Source: an uncultured Nitrososphaerota archaeon (lineage in GTDB: Archaea; Korarchaeota; Korarchaeia; Korarchaeales; Korarchaeaceae). From it: a DNA stretch of 64,000 nucleotides. The notes beneath the pieces are model-generated. The model was given only the letters and a program-made list of their open reading frames with translations. It searched no databases and had not been told where the DNA came from. The position numbers and the translations under genes are program-made. Shown piece after piece: positions 47,815 to 56,932 of this stretch. The stretch is taken from the NCBI GenBank assembly GCA_964594835.1, contig CAZQNA010000005.1, forward strand, positions 1-64,000. The letters run 5' to 3'. Numbering within the stretch: position 1 is the stretch's first letter; each line of letters starts with the position of its first letter.

Positions 47815-50171
47815 CGGCGGGCGTCAGGCTCGCGAGGGTCAGGCTGAGGAACTTCAAGTCGTTTCGGTCCGCCACCATAGAGTTCCCTTCCGACCTGACC
47901 GCGATAACCGGGCCCAACGGGTCCGGCAAGTCGAACGTCATGGAGGCCGTCATGTTCGCCATGGGGGCCAGGGGGAGCTGGCTCAGGTCGCAGGGGCTCA
48001 GGGGGCTGATCAGGAAGGGGGCGTCGAGCTGCTCCGTGGAGCTGACCCTCAGACACGAGGGCGGGGCGCTCAGGCTGGAGAGGAGGATAACTCGATCCGG
48101 CGGGACGTACAGGCTCAACGGCAGGGTGGCCTCGGCCAACGAGGTCAGGGACGCGCTTGCGGAGCTCGGCCTGAGGGCGGACGGACACAACTTCGTCAGC
48201 CAGGGGGAGGTCACGGCGGTGATAGAGGCCACCCCGAGGGAGAGGGCCGCGCTGATACTCGAGATAAGCGGGGTCGAGGAGTTTGAGAGGAGGAGAGAGG
48301 AGACCCTGAGGGAGCTCGAGAGGGTCGAAGAGCGCATCAAGGTGCTGAGGGCGCTTCAGAGAGACAGGCTGGAGAGGCTGGAGTTCCTGAAGAGGAGGGC
48401 CGAGGCGTACCATCAGAGGAGGGAGCTGGAGGAGAGGCTGGCCTCCCTGGAGAAGGCCGTCATTCTCAGGAGACTCGAGTCGGCCGAGAGGGCGCTGAGT
48501 GAGCTTCAGCCCCCAGAGGCACCTCCCATATCGGAGGACGAGATAGAGGAGCTGAGGAGGGAGGTCAGCAGGGCCGAGGCGGAGCTAAGAAGGCTGGAGG
48601 AGTCGGAGGATCTGAGGAGGGCCAGGGAGGCGGCGAACATCAAGGCCCGCCTGTCCACCCTCCGAGAGAGGCTGAGGTCGCTCGAGTCTGAGATAGAGGG
48701 TGTGAGGTCCCTCCTCTCTACCATGGGCGCCTCCCCCCCGCCGAGGTTCGTGACGGAGCACCCGGACTACGTGGGGATCGTCGCGGAGCTGGTCCGACCC
48801 CTGGAGGGGTACGAGATGGCCTTCAGGGCGGTCGCCGGGGCGAGGGTCGGAGACGTCGTGGTAAGGACCCTGGAGTCCGGGATAGAGATCGTGAAGTCCC
48901 TCAGGAACTCTCGCCTGAACAGGAGGATCAGAGTACTCCCCCTAGACGTCCTCAGGCCCCCGAGGCGGGTGGACCCCCCGGAGTACTCGATCGGCCTCCT
49001 CAGAGACTACGTCTCCGCCGAGCCCGGCATGGAGGGCCTCGTCGGGGCGATCGTGGGGAACGCCGTCCTCGTCGAGGACCTGGACGCGGTCCCCAAGGCC
49101 GACGTGGGGAGGTACCGGTTCGTCAGCCTGCGGGGTGAGATAATCGAGAGGGATGGCAGCCTCCTCTCCTCCCCCCCGTCTCCGTCCCAGGAGAGGAGGC
49201 TCAGGAGGAGGCTCGAGGGGCTCCTGCAGGAGAGGGACGGTGTGAGGGGGAGGATTGAGGAGCTGGAGGCCAGGGCGCGGGATCTTCCGCCGCCAGAGCG
49301 CGCGCAGGAGGTGGAGGAGGCGCTGAGGGAGGTGAGGACCAGGATAGACGAGCTCAGGAGGGAGCTAGAGGGGGCGATGAGCTCGAGGCTCGCCTACGAG
49401 CGGAGGATGCGCGCGGCCGCCGAGGAGAGGGGGAGGCTCACGCAGAGGATTGAGGAGCTTAGGGAGAGGCTCAGAGAGCTTGAGGGAGTGGAGCCCGCCC
49501 CGTCCGACGACCCAGAGTCGGAGTTCGCCGCGGCCTCGGCGAGGCTCAGGGCCATCCCGCTGGTCGGCCCCGACGTGCTGGAGGAGCTTGAGAGGGAGGA
49601 GGCGAAGGCTCGAGACCTGGAGCAGACGCTGGCCGACCTCGAGGATGCCAGAGCCTCCATCGAGAGGGCGCTGGAGGAGATAGCCAGGGAGAGGGAGAGG
49701 GTGCTGAGGGAGACCGTCGAGAGGGTGTCGAGGGCCTTCAACGAGGCCGTCGGGGAGATGTTCGGGGGGCACGGGGAGGTCTGGCTGTCTGGAGAGTGGC
49801 CGAGGCTCGAGCTGGAGGTCAGGGTGAACATCCCTGACAAGGGCGAGGTCCCGATGGAGGCCCTCTCTGGTGGAGAGAAGTCGCTGGCCGCCCTGGCGCT
49901 GATATACGCCCTCCAGAGCGTCAGGCCGAGCCCCCTCTACTTCTTCGACGAGGCCGACATGATGCTCGACGGCAGGAACTGCAAGAGGTACGCGGCCCTG
50001 CTGAGGAGGATGGTGAGCAGGGGATCCCAGGTGATCATAATCTCCCTCAAGAAGGACACCCTGGAGGAGGCGGACGCCATACTGGGCGTGAGAATGGTTG
50101 ACGGTGAGTCGAGGGTCGTGGGCGTGAGGCTCGATGAGTTCGATCGCGTCCGAGATAGTGCGAAGGGTTGA
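47811..50171 (+). CDS. smc: SMC chromosome ATPase with short arms (about 786 aa)
   Basis: LRNFKSF, GPNGSGKSN, hinge (VGIVAELV..VVV..RIRVLPLD..RFVSLRGE), LSGGEKS and YFFDEAD; probable CTG start overlapping the upstream TGA. Confidence 0.9.
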   Translation: MTAGVRLARVRLRNFKSFRSATIEFPSDLTAITGPNGSGKSNVMEAVMFAMGARGSWLRSQGLRGLIRKGASSCSVELTLRHEGGALRLERRITRSGGTYRLNGRVASANEVRDALAELGLRADGHNFVSQGEVTAVIEATPRERAALILEISGVEEFERRREETLRELERVEERIKVLRALQRDRLERLEFLKRRAEAYHQRRELEERLASLEKAVILRRLESAERALSELQPPEAPPISEDEIEELRREVSRAEAELRRLEESEDLRRAREAANIKARLSTLRERLRSLESEIEGVRSLLSTMGASPPPRFVTEHPDYVGIVAELVRPLEGYEMAFRAVAGARVGDVVVRTLESGIEIVKSLRNSRLNRRIRVLPLDVLRPPRRVDPPEYSIGLLRDYVSAEPGMEGLVGAIVGNAVLVEDLDAVPKADVGRYRFVSLRGEIIERDGSLLSSPPSPSQERRLRRRLEGLLQERDGVRGRIEELEARARDLPPPERAQEVEEALREVRTRIDELRRELEGAMSSRLAYERRMRAAAEERGRLTQRIEELRERLRELEGVEPAPSDDPESEFAAASARLRAIPLVGPDVLEELEREEAKARDLEQTLADLEDARASIERALEEIARERERVLRETVERVSRAFNEAVGEMFGGHGEVWLSGEWPRLELEVRVNIPDKGEVPMEALSGGEKSLAALALIYALQSVRPSPLYFFDEADMMLDGRNCKRYAALLRRMVSRGSQVIIISLKKDTLEEADAILGVRMVDGESRVVGVRLDEFDRVRDSAKG

Positions 50172-50712
50172 GCGCGTCCTGACGGAGTTCCGCCGGAGCA
50201 GGGACATGTCTTGGGCCGCCAGGACCCTCCACTCCCTCGCGGTGGAGCTCAGGAGACTTGCAGACTCCCTGGTGAGGATAGGGGAGGTCGAGGACCGCCC
50301 CGCGCCTCCCAGGTCTAGGCAGGCCAGGCGGGGGCCCCCAGCCCCGCTGCCCGAGCCCCTCCTCGGGAGGGTGCCGGCGCGTCGGCCGAGGCCGTCAGAC
50401 CTCTCCTCCGCCCTGGAGTGGGCGAGGAACCTCGGTAGGAGGGCGGATGACGGCCTCTCCAGGATAATCTCGGCGGCGGTCAGCCTGGCCGAGCACCTCG
50501 ACAGGGTTAGGGCGAGGCTGAGGGAGATCCTCGCCGGCTCGGGTGTTAGAGAGGTGCCGTTCAGGGAGCTCGCCAGGGACAGGTCCGAGGCCGCGGAGGC
50601 GATGGTCTCCCTCCTCCACATGGAGGCCGAGGGGGAGGTGGAGCTGGAGCAGGAGACACTTTTTGGGGAGATCCTGATCCGGGTGAGGCGGGTTGACCGA
50701 CCAGGACCCTGA
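50134..50712 (+). CDS. scpA: Kleisin ScpA-like protein (short)
   Basis: C-terminal LLHMEAEGEVELEQETLFGEILI matches the kleisin winged-helix tail; lies between smc and scpB. Confidence 0.75.
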   Translation: MSSIASEIVRRVERVLTEFRRSRDMSWAARTLHSLAVELRRLADSLVRIGEVEDRPAPPRSRQARRGPPAPLPEPLLGRVPARRPRPSDLSSALEWARNLGRRADDGLSRIISAAVSLAEHLDRVRARLREILAGSGVREVPFRELARDRSEAAEAMVSLLHMEAEGEVELEQETLFGEILIRVRRVDRPGP

Positions 50713-51157
50713 GCTGGTGATTGAGGCCGCCCTCTTCATGGCCGGGAGGCCGCTGTCGGACGAGGAGCTGGCGAGGCTGGCCGGCGTCTCGACTGAGGAG
50801 GTCCGCGAACTGATATCCAGGATCGAGAGGTTCCACCGGGGGAGGTCCATCTCGATAGAGAGGAGGCCCAGCGGCTGGTACATGACCGTCAGGCCTGAGT
50901 ACCAAGAGGTCGTCGGGAGGCTGGCCCCGAGGCCGGAGCTCACCAGGGGGGAGCTCAGGACCCTGGCGGTCCTCTTGGAGAGGGGTGGGATGTTCCTGAC
51001 AGAGCTCGCCCGGATCAGGGGTTCCTCAGCCTACAGGCACGTGAAGAGGCTGAGGAGGGAGGGGCTGGTCGGCGTGAGGAAGAAGGACGGTAAGACTTAC
51101 GCCTGGGCGACCAGGCTGGCCAGGAACTTCTTCGACGTCCCGCCCAGTCATCGATAA
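50693..51157 (+). CDS. scpB: Segregation and condensation protein B
   Basis: IEAALFMAGRPLS, ELTRGELRTLA and LARIRGSSAYRHV; tandem wHTH. Confidence 0.9.
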   Translation: MTDQDPELVIEAALFMAGRPLSDEELARLAGVSTEEVRELISRIERFHRGRSISIERRPSGWYMTVRPEYQEVVGRLAPRPELTRGELRTLAVLLERGGMFLTELARIRGSSAYRHVKRLRREGLVGVRKKDGKTYAWATRLARNFFDVPPSHR

Positions 51158-51193
51158 AAATAGGCGGCGGTAAAGCTCCTGAGGTGCTCGCCC

Positions 51194-53083
51194 CTGTCGA
51201 GTGGCGAGTCGAGCAGGGAATACGTGGTCAAGGAGCTTCAGAGGAGGGGGATCTCGGGCGAGGTCGCCCAGAACATATTTGAGAACCTTCAGATGGCTGG
51301 CATCCTCGACGCCATGGGGCTACTCCTCCTCATGACCGCGAGGGGGGACGGCATCCTCCAGAGGCTCGAGGACCTGGGCAGCCCGCAGGTCGAGGAGCTG
51401 AAGCCCAGGCTCGCGGGCATCGTTGAGAAGGTCGACGAGCTGGTAAGGGAGATGGCCTCGGACCCGGACGTCGCCTCGAGGCCCGGCCCCATCTCGCGGG
51501 CCCTGGGGAGGGCCTTCGGCAAGGGAGGGGTCGCCAGGAGGTACTCCCCCAGGATAGAGTCCCTGATGGACTCGCTAGAGGCCGTGCTCTGGGCGATAGA
51601 GGAGGAGGCCAGGAAGGTCCTCTCGAGGAAGCTGGAGAATCTTGAGTTAGACGCAAGGGAGCTCCTCTCGGCCGCAGAGAAGGGGGGGTTCTCGGAGATA
51701 GCCTCGAGGCTCAGAGAGAGCCTCGAGAAGGTGCAGGAACTCCTGAACTCTCCGCTGAAATCCTCTTCCGACCTGGAGGCAGCGCTGATAGAGACCCAGA
51801 GGGTCGACTCGGAGGTCAAGGAGATCAGGGAGGTTCTGGCCAAGTCCAAGGAGACGAGGGCGGCCCTGGCAGCCGAGCTCTCCAGGATCAGGGGTCAGAT
51901 CGAGTCTATCCACGTCAAGGCGTCCAGGATAAGGGAGACGGGCATAGACCCCATCTACATAGAGGAGTCCCTGAGGTGGGTCGAGGCCAGGATAGCCAGG
52001 ATAGAGAACAGGTGCCCTCCGGAGGACCTGGAGTGCATGGAGACCGCGCTGGTAGACCTCAGGACCCTCGAGCAGAGGGCGCTGAAGCCCCTCCTGGAGG
52101 AGATGGAGAAGCTCGAGAGGCTCAGCTCCCAGTTCGAGAACACGTTCGCCCTGATCCCGGACGCCGAGAGGGCCGCGGAGATGCTGGACAGGGAGTTCAA
52201 CACGAACGCGTTCACCGCCCTGATAGGGTCCCTGGCCGTGAGGCTCTCCTCCATCAGGGCGGGCACCGAGGTTAGAGACTCCGAGGACATAGAGAAGATC
52301 GCGGAGGAGATTTCCAGGCTCAGAGAGACCCTGGAGCTCTTGATATTCATAAAGAGGGCTGAGGAGAGGGCAGGACCCATCTCCCAGCAGCTGAGGCTCG
52401 TCACGGACGGTGACGCCGTGCTCGCGACCATCCGGGCCGCCCTCCAGGTCCCCACGATGTCGCCCGAGGAGAAGGCCCGCCAGGCCCTCGCCCCGCTGAA
52501 GGAGGTTCGGAGGAAGCTCTCCGAGTACCTCGAGGCCACCGCCGATGCCGAGAGGTTCTACCCCTACTGGAAGGAGTACGTCCTCACCCACCTCTCCGAG
52601 GCCGGGACAGCGAGGATGGAGGATCTCGTGAAGATCCCGGAGAGGTGGAGGCTCTGGGTGGCCAAGAGGCTGGAGGAGGAGGGCCTTGTTAGGCTCGAGG
52701 GTGGGGTCATCAGGCCCACCGGGCGGAGGCCGGAGCCCGCCCAGCCTCCAGAGGTCCCGGAGAGGGCGCCACCACCCCCCAAGCCCCCCGTTGAGGAGGA
52801 GCCCGTCGCCGGGCCCCCCAAGCCCGCCCCGCCGCCACCCCAGCCTGCCGCACCTCCCGCCCAGAGGGCGGAGAGACCGGCCCTACAGCCGGCCCCTCGG
52901 CCCGTTGAGGTGGCCGAGATCGCCAAGGGTCTGTCCGACCTGCTCCACCTCCTCGAGGAGAGGGTGGGCGGGCCCATCAACTCGGGACCCGCGGCCGAGC
53001 TGATGAGGCTGATCTCGAGCGGCGAGGCGGACCCGGAGGAGCTATCCGATCTGCTCAGGAGGGCGGCCAGCAGGATACCATGA
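51194..53083 (+). CDS. Long coiled-coil protein with C-terminal winged-helix-like domain and Pro-rich linker
   Basis: E/L/R-rich helical body; YWKEYVL...RLEEEGLVRLEGG; Pro-rich linker; probable CTG start at 51194 after GAGGTG. Confidence 0.75.
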   Translation: MSSGESSREYVVKELQRRGISGEVAQNIFENLQMAGILDAMGLLLLMTARGDGILQRLEDLGSPQVEELKPRLAGIVEKVDELVREMASDPDVASRPGPISRALGRAFGKGGVARRYSPRIESLMDSLEAVLWAIEEEARKVLSRKLENLELDARELLSAAEKGGFSEIASRLRESLEKVQELLNSPLKSSSDLEAALIETQRVDSEVKEIREVLAKSKETRAALAAELSRIRGQIESIHVKASRIRETGIDPIYIEESLRWVEARIARIENRCPPEDLECMETALVDLRTLEQRALKPLLEEMEKLERLSSQFENTFALIPDAERAAEMLDREFNTNAFTALIGSLAVRLSSIRAGTEVRDSEDIEKIAEEISRLRETLELLIFIKRAEERAGPISQQLRLVTDGDAVLATIRAALQVPTMSPEEKARQALAPLKEVRRKLSEYLEATADAERFYPYWKEYVLTHLSEAGTARMEDLVKIPERWRLWVAKRLEEEGLVRLEGGVIRPTGRRPEPAQPPEVPERAPPPPKPPVEEEPVAGPPKPAPPPPQPAAPPAQRAERPALQPAPRPVEVAEIAKGLSDLLHLLEERVGGPINSGPAAELMRLISSGEADPEELSDLLRRAASRIP

Positions 53084-53143
53084 GCGAGTGCCGGGGATCG
53101 TTAATATTATTCCCCCCGCCGGCCGAGCGGAAGAGGTGGCCCA

Positions 53144-54340
53144 ATGCGCTGGTTCGGGATAGGACTCGGCGGTGCGGGAGGGGCCATAATCGACAGGACC
53201 TACGACACGTTCGCTGGGGAGGCCCCCTCGGCGATGGTGGACGCCGTCGTCTTCAACACCTCCGTCTCCGACCAGGCGAAGCTCCAGGTCCTGAGGGACA
53301 GGTTCTACCTCTTTGGGAGGTTCGGGGGCGCGGGGGTGGGCGCGCGGTGGAAGGACTCCATGATGGCCATGCTGGAGCCTGAGAGCAGGGAGCTGTTCGT
53401 CCGCGCGGTCACCGAGAGGGGGATCACGGACTCGACCGCCGTGGTGCTCTCCGCGGCCCTGGGCGGGGGCACCGGGAGCGGGTCCATGCCGGTCGTGGCC
53501 GACTACGTCAGGGAGATCCTGGGCAGCGAGGGCCCCCCGACTCAGCCGGTGGTGTCCGTGGGTGTGCTCCCCTTCAAGTTCCCCAAGGAGAGCATGAGGT
53601 TCGCCTACAACTCCGTGATAGCGATGGCGAACATGCTGGGGAGGGTCGACTCACTGATACTCCTGGACAACGAGGTGGCCAGGGAGATCGTGCTGAGGGA
53701 CGAGCCTGGACTGAGCGACGAGCAGGTGCTCGACAGGATAAACTCGCTCGTGGGTCGGTGCATGATCGCCATGTCCGCCGCCGACGTGGAGCCCCTCAGG
53801 GGGGGCTACAAGACCACGTTCGACTCCCAGGACCTCAAGTCGATACTCAGGTTCTTCGAGGCCTCCCTCACGGTCCCGTGCTACATGAAGGCCAGGGTAG
53901 AGTCGGTGGGGGGTAGCCTGGAGTTCCTGACGGAGGCCGCTCTCAGGGAGGGCTGCCTGGCGGAGGTCAGGCCGAAGACGGCCCTCAAGGCGGCCCTGGT
54001 CGTCAGGGGGCCGGAGGAGTACCTCAACGTCGACGCGGTTTTCGAGGCCAAGAGGCTCCTGAGCGAGAAGATAGCCGGCGTGGACGTTAGAGAGGGGCTG
54101 GCGGTCGCCCCAGGGTCTAGACACTTTGAGATAGCCATCCTCCTTGTGGAGCCCGAGCTGGTCAGGCTCCCGTCCCTCCTCAAGGAGGCGAGGCTGTACT
54201 ACGAGGTCCACGAGGAGGAACTCACCAAGATGGAGGACACGCCTAGGGAGGAGTTCGAGTCCTACGTTCAGGCCGTGGAGAGGCACCTACTGACCGCGGC
54301 GGAGGCGAGGGAGGAGGCGGGCGCCGCCCCCTCGGCTTAA
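53144..54340 (+). CDS. FtsZ/tubulin-superfamily GTPase (CetZ/tubulin-like, not canonical FtsZ)
   Basis: GLGGAGG, signature GGGTGSG, AYNSV...LLDNE and T7-like FDSQDL. Confidence 0.9.
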   Translation: MRWFGIGLGGAGGAIIDRTYDTFAGEAPSAMVDAVVFNTSVSDQAKLQVLRDRFYLFGRFGGAGVGARWKDSMMAMLEPESRELFVRAVTERGITDSTAVVLSAALGGGTGSGSMPVVADYVREILGSEGPPTQPVVSVGVLPFKFPKESMRFAYNSVIAMANMLGRVDSLILLDNEVAREIVLRDEPGLSDEQVLDRINSLVGRCMIAMSAADVEPLRGGYKTTFDSQDLKSILRFFEASLTVPCYMKARVESVGGSLEFLTEAALREGCLAEVRPKTALKAALVVRGPEEYLNVDAVFEAKRLLSEKIAGVDVREGLAVAPGSRHFEIAILLVEPELVRLPSLLKEARLYYEVHEEELTKMEDTPREEFESYVQAVERHLLTAAEAREEAGAAPSA

Positions 54341-54381
54341 CAATTTTTAACGGAATGCGCGGCCGGCCGCGCGGGATAACC

Positions 54382-55833
54382 GTGGGGCGCCTGGACCCCT
54401 TCTTCTACCCGGATTCGGTGGCCGTGATAGGCGCATCTCGCGAGCCGGGCTCGGTGGGACACGAGCTCCTCAGGGTGATGGTGGAGAACCAGAAGAGCGG
54501 CCTCTACAGGGGGAGACTCTACGCCGTGAACCCGAAGGCGAAGGAGCCCATCCTCGGAGTGCCGACCTACCCGAGCGTCTCTGACCTGCCGGAGCCGGTC
54601 GACCTGGGCGTGATAGTGGTCCCCGCCAGGGTAGTGCCGGCCGTTGTGGACGAGTGCGGGAGGAAGGGGATCAAACACGTGATAGTGATATCCGGGGGGT
54701 TCGCCGAGGTCGGCGGAGAGGGAGTCGAGCTCCAGGAGAAGCTCGTGGAGGTCGCCAGGAGGCACGGGATCCGGATAGTCGGCCCCAACTGCGTCGGGGT
54801 CGTGTGCCCCGAGACCGGCGTGGACACGATGTTCCTCCCCTACAAGAAGGAGCTGGGAGGCAGGGGTCTGCTCTCCCTCCCGAGGCCCGGCCCAGGGAAC
54901 ATATCCCTTCTCACTCAGTCCGGCGCGTTTGGCGTGGCCTGCGTGGACTACATGGCGGGCGAGGGCCTGGGGCTGGCGAAGTTCGTCAGCTACGGCAACA
55001 AGGCGGACATAGACGAGGTGGAGCTCATGGAGTACCTGGCAGACGACCCCAAGACCAGGGTGATCGTGATATACGCCGAGTCGATCGAGGAGGGGAGGAG
55101 GTTCATCGAGGCCGCCAGGAGGACCGTCCCGAAGAAGCCCGTCGTGGTCCTCAAGGCCGGCAGAACTCGGGCGGGCGCCAGGGCGGCCAGCTCCCACACG
55201 GCCGCGCTGGCCGGGGCCGACGAGGTGTACTCGGCCGCCTTCAGGCAGGCCGGCGTCGTGAGGGTCTACGAGGTCGAGGAGCTCTTCGACGTGACGAAGG
55301 CCCTCTCCATGCAGCCCCCTGCCAGGGGGCCCAGGATAGCGGTCCTCACGGATGGAGGAGGGGCCGGGGTCATGACGGCCGACGAGCTCGAGAGCAAGGG
55401 GGCCGTGGTGGTTCAGCTCTCAGAGGAGACGCAGTCCAGGCTCAGGGAGCTGATGGACAGGGGCGTGATCCCCCCCATCTCCGCCGTCGCCAACCCTGTG
55501 GACGTCACGGGCAGCGCGACAGACGACGCCTTCGTCGAGTCCCTCAGGATCCTCCTGGACGCACCCGAGGTCGATGGGGTGATAGTGCTCCCCCTCCACC
55601 ACGTGCCGGGGCTGACCTCTGACCTCCCGGAGAGGATCGCCGCCGAGGCCAGGGGCAGGGGGGACAAGCCGGTCCTGGTGGTGGACATCGGGCAGGGGGA
55701 GTACGGGATCGCCTACAGGGAGAGGTTCGACGAGCTGGGCATCCCGGCCTACCCCACCCCCGAGAGGGCCGCGAGGGCGATGGTGGGCCTCATCAAGTAC
55801 GGAGAGGCCCTGAAGAGGATGGGCGCCCTCTGA
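54382..55833 (+). CDS. acdA: ADP-forming acyl-CoA synthetase, alpha subunit (second paralog)
   Basis: IGAS, GPNC, TQSG, SSHTAA and NPVDV. Confidence 0.92.
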   Translation: MGRLDPFFYPDSVAVIGASREPGSVGHELLRVMVENQKSGLYRGRLYAVNPKAKEPILGVPTYPSVSDLPEPVDLGVIVVPARVVPAVVDECGRKGIKHVIVISGGFAEVGGEGVELQEKLVEVARRHGIRIVGPNCVGVVCPETGVDTMFLPYKKELGGRGLLSLPRPGPGNISLLTQSGAFGVACVDYMAGEGLGLAKFVSYGNKADIDEVELMEYLADDPKTRVIVIYAESIEEGRRFIEAARRTVPKKPVVVLKAGRTRAGARAASSHTAALAGADEVYSAAFRQAGVVRVYEVEELFDVTKALSMQPPARGPRIAVLTDGGGAGVMTADELESKGAVVVQLSEETQSRLRELMDRGVIPPISAVANPVDVTGSATDDAFVESLRILLDAPEVDGVIVLPLHHVPGLTSDLPERIAAEARGRGDKPVLVVDIGQGEYGIAYRERFDELGIPAYPTPERAARAMVGLIKYGEALKRMGAL

Positions 55834-55841
55834 GAGCCCTC

Positions 55842-56150
55842 TTACTCCTCTCCTTCACCTCTGTCTGGCTCTCTCGCCTCCTCGAGCCTGACGGGCCGCA
55901 CTTGCTCCTCTCTCCTCCCCGGGCGGAGCGCGAAGTACAGGCCGGCCGCAAGCTTGACTAGGCCAGCCAGGGTGCCCACTATCAGGCCGACTATGATGGA
56001 CAGGGCGATCAGGGCGAGAATGAGGGCGGCTAGAAGGGGAAGGTACCTCAGCAGGGTCAGAAAGATCAGCACGGATAGGAGCAGCACGAGGACCGCGATC
56101 CCCGATATGATGAGGGCGTCTCTGGCCTCCACCCCCGAGACACCTTCCAT
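55842..56150 (-). CDS. Small membrane protein
   Basis: Very hydrophobic core; co-directional with the AIM24-family gene. Confidence 0.65.
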   Translation of the reverse strand: MEGVSGVEARDALIISGIAVLVLLLSVLIFLTLLRYLPLLAALILALIALSIIVGLIVGTLAGLVKLAAGLYFALRPGRREEQVRPVRLEEAREPDRGEGEE

Positions 56151-56164
56151 CGTGGTGGCCGGGG

Positions 56165-56875
56165 TCAGTCCCCCCCGAGGGCTATCTGGAACCCACCCCC
56201 TCCCCTGGAGATGTACTTGCCCAGCTCGGCCGCCAGGGCCTGGATGTTCATGGACTGAAGTATCACCTTACCCGGACCCCTCAGCGTCGCCAGGAACAGG
56301 CCCTCCCCCGCGAACAGGATCGACCTTATGCCGCCGACCCTCTCGATGTCGTAGTCCACGCTGGCGTCGAAGGCCACCAGCTGCCCGGTGTCGACCTTGA
56401 GCACCTGGCCCGGCTTGAGGTCGTACTCCAGGAAGTCCCCCGCCGCGTGCACGAAGACCGTGCCGACCCCGCTGACCTTCTCCATGATGAGGCCCTCTCC
56501 GCCGAAGAGCGCCGCCCCGAGCCGCCTCGCGATTCCCGGCTGAACGGTGACGCCGTCCGTGGCGGCCAGGAACCCGCCCCTCTGGACGTAGTACTCTGTG
56601 GTCCCGTCCAGCTTCAGGGCCGTTATCTTGCCCGGCACCGTGCCGGAGAAGGCGACCACTCCAGGACCTCCCTCCGCCGTGAACTCAGTGAGGAAGAAGC
56701 TCTCCCCAGCTATCTTCCTCATTATCCCCTTGATGAAGCCTCCCCTGACCGTGGCCCTCAGCCGAACGTTCCCGGACATGTGGTTCAGGGCGCCCGCCTC
56801 GGCGTAGATCGTCTCGCCGGGCTCCAGCTCCACCAGAACCATCTGGAGGTTATCCCCAACTATCTTGTACCTCAT
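56165..56875 (-). CDS. AIM24/TIGR00266-family protein
   Basis: AEAGA, GESFF, LFGGEGL, VDTG and GPGKVILQS. Confidence 0.88.
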   Translation of the reverse strand: MRYKIVGDNLQMVLVELEPGETIYAEAGALNHMSGNVRLRATVRGGFIKGIMRKIAGESFFLTEFTAEGGPGVVAFSGTVPGKITALKLDGTTEYYVQRGGFLAATDGVTVQPGIARRLGAALFGGEGLIMEKVSGVGTVFVHAAGDFLEYDLKPGQVLKVDTGQLVAFDASVDYDIERVGGIRSILFAGEGLFLATLRGPGKVILQSMNIQALAAELGKYISRGGGGFQIALGGD

Positions 56876-56932
56876 GGCACCACCTTATAGCACGTCCCGG
56901 CGATCCGTTTTATCCTCTGCCCCTTCGTCGGA

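Noticed and set aside
49365-50621. 418-aa minus-strand ORF
   Set aside because: Shadow of smc and scpA.
47811-51157. SMC cluster as Wadjet/MksBEFG or Rad50
   Set aside because: No JetD/Toprim nuclease or Mre11 is adjacent; it has a true SMC hinge with no CxxC hook and canonical ScpB motifs.
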